Source of the DNA: Azolla caroliniana
Lineage: Eukaryota > Plantae > Polypodiophyta
Direction of reading: 5' to 3'
Length of the DNA stretch: 64,000 nucleotides
Assembly: GCA_043228905.1 (NCBI GenBank)
Contig: JBHGNT010000004.1
Span: 1,612,001 to 1,676,000, forward strand
Part shown: positions 47,172 to 64,000 of the stretch, in pieces
Numbering within the stretch: position 1 is the first letter of the stretch
Layout: the number at the start of each line of letters is the position of its first letter
Position numbers and translations under genes: made by a program
The notes under the pieces: model-generated
Seen by the model: only the letters and a program-made list of their open reading frames with translations
Database searches by the model: none
Told to the model about the DNA's origin: nothing

Positions 47172-47710
47172 TGTAATGGAGAAAACCTGCCTTAGGTAGA
47201 ATCATGGAATTCGGCGCGTGAAACGGCACTTACGCATGTGCACTCAAACCAACACACTGCACATAACTAGGAATAGGACAGCATGATGTGTATATCCTAG
47301 GGAGAATATATTAATAGGCTAGTAAATCGAAGCGGATCTCTGTTCGAAGGGACAGAGAATAAAAGTGATGTGACCAGGATGTAACGGTCCCTCCCCGACG
47401 ACCTATAAAGGAAAGGAAAAGAACAAAAGAACAAAAACACAGGAAGGGGGGGGGGGGGATATATCGCATTTTGGCAAGGACAAGGTGCTATCGGACTGGG
47501 AACTGAGCTCTCTTTTACGTGAATGTGCATCTTGTTCAGATATGCATAGTGGTTCATTTAGCAGGCAAGCGCTATCAGTTGCAAACAGGCCTGACCGGCC
47601 TACACTTGCGCTCTTCTCCCACTCTGCCTTCTTCTCTCTCTTGCTCCTCGGTTCAAGGCCCCCGCGGTCCCGCCTTATTTCCTACGCGAAAGCGGAACAA
47701 CACGACAACA
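47172..47710 (+). mobile_element. LTR-like insertion (about 540 bp) between two copies of a 200-bp copia segment
   Basis: Begins TGTAATG, has CTATAAAG at 47403 and ends about CACGACA(ACA). The flanks 46968-47171 and 47726-47932 are diverged direct duplicates. Confidence 0.6.
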
Positions 47711-50700
47711 TCGGGGCCGAGTCCGAAGAAGGTATGAGTGAGTAGGGATGTCATATTCGACAAATCAACATCTTGGTGCACAATCAACTCAACTCCATCC
47801 GACCTCATCAAAACAAATTTCGATATAATCGACTTAGAGGAGGATGATCGACAAAGGCTTACAACAGAGGAAAGTCCAATCTCAACCATGCTGAGTGGAC
47901 CAACACAAGCCTCCAAACGACCAAAGCATGTCGCGGCTGAGTTCGAAGAAGGACAAAGCAAAGGCCAAAATGCCTGTGTACGAAGATTTGGAAGAAACGA
48001 ATCCGATCACTCACCTGAAAGTGAGTATGGTGGATTGGATGTGCCTATCATGAGGTCATCAGGAGCTGAGAAAGCGTTCACAAAGACAAGTGAACAACAT
48101 GTTGCTCCACCCGAGAAAAGAATTTAGTTAGCCGATTTGGCTACAATAGCTATATGGCATATCACTATCCATTCATGAAGAAGGTGGCGACAATCCGAGA
48201 GCAGGAAACATTTTCCAATGCCGTGAAGGACCCATGATGGGTCGAGATGATGAATGAGGAGATGCAAGCAGTCTCCAAAAATGAGACATGGGATCTCATC
48301 CCCTCTTCACCCCATCAAAAGGCAATCGAATGCCGATGGATATTCAAGGTGAAATACAATGCCGACGACACCGTTAATCGGTATAAGGCTCAACTTGTGA
48401 CAAAAGGGTATGCATAGACGCATGGGATCAATTACGAAGAGACCTTTGCCCCGGTGGCAAAAATAACAACCATTCAAACCGTGATTGCACTTGCAGCAGC
48501 AAAAGGGTGGTACCTCCACCAAATGGACATGAAGAACGCCTTTCTCCAAGACGAGTTAGAAGAGGAGGTGTGCATGGTACAACCACCCGAATTCAAGTCG
48601 AGTATGCATCCAACTATTGTTTGACAACTCAAAAAGCCTCTGTACGGTCACAAGCAGGCACTAAGAGCATGGCATTCGAAGATAACCGAATATCTTCACC
48701 AAATCGGATTTCAAAATGTCGAAGTCCAACAATTCTCTATTCATCCGGAACGACTCCATGGGACAACTATTCATCATAATTTATGTGGACGACTTGGTCA
48801 TTCGAGGAGAGCACATCAACGATATCGAACATACCAAGAAGCTACTCTACGACCAATTCAAAATGAAGGACATGAAGGAGGTCCATTACTTTTTGGGGAT
48901 AGAAGTAATTCGGACCCCTCACGTCATCATGATCTCGCAACGAGAAGCCTTATCTATCTCATCATCACTCAGCTCGACCTCAACTACCCAGTCGGCCTCC
49001 TTAGCCAGTTCATGCAGATACCATGAAACATTCATTTGCAATGTGCTAAATGAGTGTTATGCTATGTGAGTGGGATGATGGATTTCGGCATCCTCTACAA
49101 ATCAGCCACACCAATTTGACTAGAAGGTTACACCGATGCCGATTGGGGCAGTTACAAAGCCAACATGCAATCAACATCGGGATTCGTCTTCTCCCTCGGC
49201 AACGGTGCCATATCATGGAGCAGTAAGAAGCAGCCGACAATTGCAATGTCGAGCACAGAAGCTGCATACAGGGGCACGACTGTCGCCGCATGTGAAGCCG
49301 TTTGGCACAAAAGAATATTGATATGGGCGTTCCCATGAACAATCCGATTCTCATGTATTGCAACAATATGAGTAAGATTCATCTGCCTGGAACCTTGTCT
49401 TTCATGCTCGAACCAAGCACATTGAGGTGCACTATCATTTCATCCGAGAACATGTCCTGGTCGGAGACGTCGACCTACAACACATATTCACAAATCTCGG
49501 TCTCTCGATCACCAAACACCTGAGCTCGAGGGGGAGTATGGATAAGGAGCCTTCTGACATGACATCAAACGGACCAGAGCGAACATAGGAGTAAAGCCGA
49601 CCATCAAAGCCAAAGCCAAAGCCGAGTCAACGCCGACCCGAACTAACTTTTCGGCGATCGGATGTGTTTGAAGGGGCGTGTTGAGAATCAAAACTCAACT
49701 TCCCTAGTGTGGGAACACCCCTTAGCATACATATTCAAGTGTGTGAACACTGCACCTCCTAATATAGTAATTAGTGTGTCATAGAACTTTAAAGTTCTAT
49801 AACACATATTTAGTGTAGTTAAGTCTCCACCTCTCTTTAGTAAGTGGTGGTTGTAAAAAGAGAATATAGTGAGAAGGTGACTATATAAGCACTTCTCTCC
49901 CTCTCCTTGTAATGTGGGTTGTCTTAATCTTGTTAATGCAATTTTTCGGTGTTTTCTGTTTACATTATTCTCTCTCTCTCTGTCTCTCTCGGCCACACAC
50001 ACACAAACACACACACACACACATATCTCTTCCACTGCACAGAATCATATACGATTCTTTACATGGATATTCAAGGATCCTCCGGTTATCCATAGTGATG
50101 TGAAGCCTCTCAATAGTCTACCCGATGGCAATATGATTGCCAAAGTCTTAGATTTCAGCATATCCAAAGCAAATCCTGAAATGGATACACATATATCCAC
50201 AAGACTAGCATGCATTGTTGGGTAAGCATAGCTTTCATCTTCAATACAAAGAGAGACTTAAATGAAATGCCATTTGAATTATTACCTTATAGATATTTGG
50301 ATCCAGAGTACTTCCTACGCCGCCAATTAACTACTGCAAGTTATGTGTATAGCTATGGAGTTGTATTACTTGAGTTTCTTATAGATCAACTTGCCAATGA
50401 TCACAAGCTTCTTGAGGATATTAACCTAGTCGGTTGGGTAATTAGCTTATCTTTCAAACTTTCCTTTCTTTCTCTAGTTATTTAAGGATGTTTCCCAAAA
50501 TTGTTAATCAATTTGTTTGCTCCAAAAAATCGATAGAATACATAACAAATGCATACAATTCCGTTATATTACACATTGCTAGTTGTGCTCTTATGAGCAT
50601 ATGCATGCATTATACTACTGATAATTCACGACATAGGACAAAAGGGCCAAAGAAATTGTATATGTGGAACAATCAATGAAAAACTAAGAGATAAATAACA

Positions 50701-52673
50701 CACATAAAACTCTTACCAATAATGAAACTAGAGGTTGTATATAAGTCCCTCCAATGTTGATAAGGTAAACGGAAAACTGAAATGGAATGAGAACGAGAGG
50801 GCTATAATTTATCTGAGCCTTGGATCAAACTATCCAGTTGATGAATACAAACGAGTGATAGAGATTGCAATACAATGCACAACATATGGCAGAAATGATA
50901 AACCAAAAATGTAGGTGCGGATATATATATAGATGCATTTACACATACATATATGCGTTTGGACATGTGTAGATAAACAAGTTTAGATGAAGACAAAGAC
51001 AATTTGGACACACATAATTGCACAAGTACATGCATCCATACTTGCATACATCCATCCATCCAACCTTGCAAGTTTGGAGTAGATCTTGAACATGCTACAA
51101 CCTCCTCTTGAGCACATGATGGTAGTACCTCTTGAGAACAAGGACTCGACCAAACCACAAACAACTTGAATGACATCAAAATAACATATGTATCGGAAGT
51201 GGAACCATGTTGATTTCAATGAACCTGTATGCGGAAAAATGCATGCATGATGTATACATATACTCCATACATTCATATTCAAACCACAAACAACTTGCAA
51301 GAGATGAAAATAGGACATTCATATGGTTTGGGAGTGGAAGCACGTTGATTTCAATGGACATGCATTCATGCATCATGTATATATGCAACATACATTCACA
51401 TTCAGTATATACCATATATATACACATATTATTTATGCTTATGCATTTACGCCAATAAAGAATGTGTGTGCATGGCACCATGTCATAAGAACTTGAAAGA
51501 CATTTTTTCATTAAAATGTCAGTTTGAGTGTATCATGAGGTGGATATGGAGACCAAGTAGTTGTAGCCTGCTTGGAAATGTGGATCATCAGAGTCTGTTC
51601 AAGTTCATGTCATTTTTTGTGTTACTTGTCTGTAGATATTTTGTGGGGAGTTGATGGCTTACTTTACTTCTCAAGGTTTAAATATATCATAGTGGAATTC
51701 CATGCTAGCATATGTATCTCTAGGTTGATGTACATATATTTGACAAAATCATATAATGTCCAATATTGCTATACCTTGGTCCTTCAAACATGTAATGAAT
51801 GGTAAATAAGAGTGTCATGGTACATATATTTTATTAAGGGTTTGTCCCACATTTGTAATATTGCAATGGCCATTTTATATTTTTCTAGACCACTTGATTT
51901 CTAATTTAACTTTTACATGACCCATAATCATCATCCAAATGGTTAGGGTCCAATTTGTGAGGGTTTCCATTTCATTCAATCATAAGACAACATGCCATGT
52001 ATTTACTTACCAAATTTGGAGAAGTACTTTAAAGAAAAGAATTAGACGAAACCCTAACTTTAACCCTAGACCCTAAACCTAACAATAGATGGAACTCTAG
52101 AATATAAAGCATACCCCTTGAATGCAAACCCTAACCCTAGAAACGTATGGAAGAATTGAAAATACACACATTTTAGTAAAACCCAAACCCTCAAACAAAC
52201 AATATCTGTAGACTGTATACAATGCACAAATGTATAAGAAACGGAAACGGAAATAAATAGCTGCACGAATGAATCAAAAACCCTTGGGTCAATGGAAGGA
52301 TCACGCAAGAACAAGCAACGACAATATCCCAAGATTTAACAACAAACTATTGACACCTCCAATGTTTGATCCATTTTCTACGCAGTTTACATCTATTTAC
52401 ACCAAGAATCAAAATGCTATTTGCCAAAAACTCGAAAATATATAATGTGGCATGGTTAATTCATTGGACTTGATAATTATTCCTTGTCATCATATATCAT
52501 CCTCAAGGTTTGGGGTCATAAAGCTAATTATAAGTGGGACATGCCAAAAGAAATAAAATCGTAGTTGGAACAAGGAGTGTATCCTACTCTGTGCGTGCAT
52601 CATTATCACATATAAAGTAAATTAAAGTCGACACCATTTTAAAGGTTTGAATACTTTATGTAATTCAAAGCTT

Positions 52674-52709
<36 letters not shown>

Positions 52710-52712
<3 letters not shown>

Positions 52713-55545
52713 CGTGTCTAAATACATACAAAAATTGAAGAGGGCAAGTGAGGGAATCACGAAGAGGGACGATGCAGATCGTGCAGCCAAGGGCACGTGC
52801 AATCTGCACTGTCTGATGTGGAAAAAAAATACACGAAGAAATGATTGGTTATTAGGGATCCTAACTAGGAGGCTCGATCACTAATCAGGAGCTCGACTAG
52901 GAGCCCTACTCATTAATCAAGAGCCCGACTAGGATCCTTGCTCATTAATGAGCACTGACTATAAAAACCCTAAATCGCTCATTTTGAACCTATTTTTCAA
53001 ACAAAGTTTTAGGGTATTTAGAGGAAAGAATTAGAGAGGAGCACCACTTTCCACCAACGAGCACTTCCCAACCACCTACCATCCTCATTCGATCTGCAAA
53101 ATGAAGGCGATAATAGGTATGTATTTTGATGGTTATTTCTATTTTTTACATCGACATATCTTTTCATTTCATTTACATTTGATCAAGGCTTTTAATCTTA
53201 TGGTTTGCAAGCTTTCATTCATGTCTCTTTCTTTTCTCTCTTGAATGCAATGGACATATTGGTGGTTATTGAAGATTGAATGTGGTTTGTACAAATGACT
53301 AGTTGGTCCAAGACCTTCATAGACTTTGATGCGAATTGGGGGTGAAACAATACCCTATGAAGGGAGGTATGGCTTGAATCATTTCCCAACTATATATTGT
53401 GTATAAATAGTGATGTTTGTCTGCTAACGTGAATGATGGTTTAAGGTTTTTGTAAGAAAGGGTGGTAGGTGCCCCAAATCCAACGATATGGATGCTGAAA
53501 ACATCATTACTGAAAAGCCTATGAATGACTCGAACATGGATACGAACCCCATACACGACGTGGGACCATCTGTTGAAGATGTCAAACTAAATGGTGAGCT
53601 AATGTACATTTTTGTAATCATTATTGAAGTAAGTATTATTGGGTTTTTCTAATGCAAATGTCACACCAATGTTGTAGTAGACCCTATGTCCCTCTACAAG
53701 TGTGGAAGAGAGTCGATAAGTAACAAATGTCACACATGTATCGTTGGAGATTCATGCAGAAAAGAGGTACGAGGTTTTGCAAGAAAGCTGAGATGGAGGA
53801 TCACTTACAGAAGGCACATGACATTCATGTAATATTGCCTCGGGGGTGAAGATAGAGGAAGGCCCTAGTAAGTCAATAATGGAGAAGATAGGCAAGAGAT
53901 AGACTCTCTGAACATTGCACTAAGGTACACAAAGTAATCTACAATAATGTTATATGGAGAGTTTAATTGCTACTATATATGTGGAAAGACATTAGCAATT
54001 TATCAAGTATACTACCTTGAGAGGAAAAATAACCCGATCAATTACCAACCTTGTGCATGTCTTAATCGAGGACAATGAAACTAGCACTTGCATCGGAGGA
54101 AAGATCGTAGAGTAGTACAAGCAATGACAAGAAATATGTGAGAGTGGTGGATGTGCACCCCGTGCAAATTGTAGGGATAAAAGGTCACAACTTAAAGTGG
54201 TGGAGAGAATATTGGAAAGGTATGTCAATGATACTTCCAAAATGCATATTGTGGATGAGGCCCGATATTGGTTTAGAATCTTGAGTATGACGACTCCCAC
54301 TCTATGGTATAATGTCTGACTCCAATGCTCATGTTGTGATTTCCAAGACCTTGTGAGTAAATGTAATGATTTACTCGGTATCCAAATGATTATTGAGAGG
54401 CACATGCCACATTTATGTGGCTCATTACCTTTTATAGATCACGCGACCCAAATGTGAATGGACCATAATACGGAAATAGATGTGGAGACAGAGGTAGGAC
54501 GAGTCCAAAATACAAACGACCGAGGAAGCACTACAATGTCCCAAGCAAAGGTTATAAACCTTTGACCGTGCAACTATTTTGGAATGTATACAAACATTGG
54601 AAGATATGACTAAGAAGGTGTATCGTGTTGGTGCACCAAAATCAACCAACGACGAAGATGGAAAATCAATAAGTCGTAACCAACAAATCGGTGCCAAAAG
54701 AAGCGCAACAATAGACATCTTGCAAGAACTTATTGGCAACTCCTCAAACACTTCCAAATCCCACACTGGAAAACTATAAAGAGGTGCAGGTCGGGCTAGG
54801 TGGCAATTGCAGATATGTTACCATGAGAAGGTTCGGTGTTTGCGTTGCGATGGCTTGACCTTGACTTCTGAATCAAGGGACTCGATTGTTACATGCTGTA
54901 AAAATTGTGGTTGCATTTTGCCATCATCCCGACATGAGCCATAATTGTTATATGTGACGTGTGTATTCATATTTCATTTTAGGGTTCCAAAGCTTGGATT
55001 ATTCCCATTGTCAACATTTGACGTTTCAATCTTTTATGTAAGACTTGTTATTTGAATCTTTAAGTTGATTTGTTATTAGATATAAGTTTGTGTGATTTTT
55101 GAGTTTTAAGTTTTAGGTTTTAGGTTTTGAGCAATTGGAAGTTCAGGATTTTTTGAGTAATTTTATGCGTCATTTTCATGGCAAATATTTGTTGTACACT
55201 TACAATTTTTTGGTGTTTTTGATGTTTTTTTCCAAGTGGCTCCTACCCTGAGTCGGTCGGGCTCCTAGTGACAAAGGTTGTCAGACAACGGGGCTCTTTT
55301 TGGCACAGTCGGGCTCCTTGTTACAAAGGTTGTGAGATGGCGGGACTCCTTATGATTGAGTTGGGGTTCTAGTGACAGAGGCTGTCAGAGAGTCGAGCTC
55401 CTGGTGACAGTTCGTTGTCAGCTTTTTATCCACATTGGGCGGTGGAGATCGCACGCACCATCAGAGATGCGACCTGCACTGTCCGCGCCCGCGATTCCCT
55501 CACTTGCCCTCTTAAATTTTTGGTAGTAGTTAGTCACGAGCGCGC
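52710..55545 (+). mobile_element. Mutator-like (MULE) element with ~130-bp degenerate TIRs and a SWIM-finger transposase remnant
   Basis: 52710-52830 (AAAAATTGAAGAGGGCAAGTGAGGGAATC...ATGTGGAAAAAA) is the reverse complement of about 55421-55545. Subterminal GAGCCCGAC/GTCGGGCTC repeats at both ends. Internal QCSCCDFQDLVSKCNDLLGI (SWIM-like) near 54323-54383. No TSD identified. Confidence 0.7.
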
Positions 55546-56324
55546 AAGTGCGTGCGTGCGAGCGCATAGTGACCATGGGCAACCATTGACATACAAAAAG
55601 AAACATTTCACATTTTATGTTCTTCTGTTTGTGAGTAGTAACTGTAATGAGAAGATTGTGTATATTATTATATCCGACAAAGTTCTCACATTGGATTCAG
55701 TCTCCATCTTATTTTTAACGTCCTTCCATTTTTTCTTCTAACGCCCCTTCGAGTCTATTAAAGATATCAATCACATCGCACATCAAGTTGTGATTTGTCC
55801 TCACAAGTTAATACTGTGTTGGTGGACTTGGTTCTTCCTTATCATCCTTATCATCATCATCCTCAATATTGTGTTCAAGGTTGCAATTATCTCAATTATT
55901 GATATATGTAGTGGTAGTATAGTGTTTTCAAATGTATGTAATATGTTGATTATGATCCTAAACCTAATTATGGATGGGACATGGCGAAACCAGAAAATTG
56001 TCACTTAGGAGCAAGGAGTGTTGTGAATTAGTCCTACTTTATCCACTGCCATAAATTATGGATGGGACATGCCTGAAGACCCATTCTCACAAAGAATAAA
56101 CTGATGATGTCTTCCTACATATTTTCAAATCAATGGTGGGGATTTGTCCTCAAACAATCAATCAATGGTGGGGTTTTGAACGTTCCTACGAAGTTTGATC
56201 ACTGCTTTCCTCTTCTGCACAGCTACCTAATTACCATCAGCTTCAATGAAGATAATTAAGCCAAATTTCTTATGAAACCAAATTCCCTGCTTCATTCATG
56301 TTGAAACCCCTTGATCACCACATC

Positions 56325-63385
<7,061 letters not shown>

Positions 63386-64000
63386 TTTCGATGAAAATGC
63401 ACATAGAAAGAAATATTTACGCATGTATCATGCTACTATACAATTTGCATGCATTGTAATAATGATTGTTCCCACTTTTGTAATCTCACTTGTGATGGCC
63501 ATATTGTACTTTTCCAATCACTTTATTTCTACTTTCCCTTATCATCCAAATTGTTCTAGGATATATATGTATGTCATATGAAAAAAATTACTTTGTGACA
63601 TGATTGATTTTGTTAATGAATACATACATATATTATGTGGTGAATTAATCATTGTTCTAAGGTGCAAAGACATTATAAACATGCATGTCTAGATTTTGGC
63701 TCCATACTCATTTTTGTGGTCCATATAATATTGTAAAACCGATTTCATCATCAACCTACCATCATTGTATGTTCATGTATTGTATCTTGCATCATATCTC
63801 TTAAAGGGTGAGATTTATTGGGACCATTTATGGATGTGACATTTAATTAGCATGATTTTATCATATATCTATGACATGCATGGAGTCTTATTTTCCATGA
63901 TATTATCCAACATCAATATCATAATTCTTAAATTGGGGAACTCATAGTATAGTATAGATAGCATTTACTTACTTGAGCCAATATACACACTCAATTATTG

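Larger units (their letters stand above)
39100..50063 (+). mobile_element. Degenerate Ty1/copia element with four nested insertions, in RLK copy 2 intron 16
   Basis: TSD TGGAT at 39095-39099 and 50064-50068. The 5' LTR is split (39100-39416 and about 42687-42766). PBS TGGTATCAGAGC at 42767-42778. Gag from 43573, protease WLVDWGAS, integrase VVHSDVWGP, RT YVDD, PPT at 49670-49678, 3' LTR 49679-50063. Related to the element at 1-1974. Confidence 0.95.
29205..51213 (+). pseudogene. LRR-RLK copy 2, pseudogene disrupted by nested insertions
   Basis: Homologous exons at about 29267-29340, 29574-29706, 29945-30089 (acceptor AG>TG, +1 frameshift), 30252-30322, 30520-30576/32974-32993 (split by an LTR element), 34225-34293, 36865-37154 (TAG), 37504-37592 (TAA), 50076-50221 (HSD and DFS in place of HRD and DFG), 50293-50437, 50765-50913 and about 51066-51213. 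Confidence 0.93.

Noticed and set aside
52048-52142. Interstitial telomere (AAACCCTA-like motifs)
   Set aside because: Only a few scattered degenerate units, not an array.

Overview
AT-rich, repeat-dense land-plant nuclear DNA; a non-seed plant such as a fern is a plausible but unproven source. The backbone is a tandem array of three paralogous 20-exon LRR receptor-like kinase genes on the + strand. Two have intact spliced ORFs (13253-20081, about 739 aa; 56325-63385, about 737 aa). The middle copy (about 29205-51213) is a pseudogene stretched to 22 kb by nested insertions. Mobile DNA includes: the 3' end of a Ty1/copia element inserted into a decayed DDE transposase gene, which faces a convergent RING-finger accessory gene, with satellite-filled introns in both; a very young full-length copia with one stop codon (22266-27719); a non-coding 2.4-kb LTR element with a Tf1-like self-priming signature (30577-32973); an 11-kb nested copia (39100-50063) holding an RPS21 retrocopy fused head-to-head to a LINE plus three foreign LTR-like inserts; an L1 fragment; and a Mutator-like element with long TIRs. 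Short captured host-gene fragments (PR-1/CAP, carboxylesterase) sit in RLK introns. All calls come from manual reading; family assignments are motif-based and unsearched.
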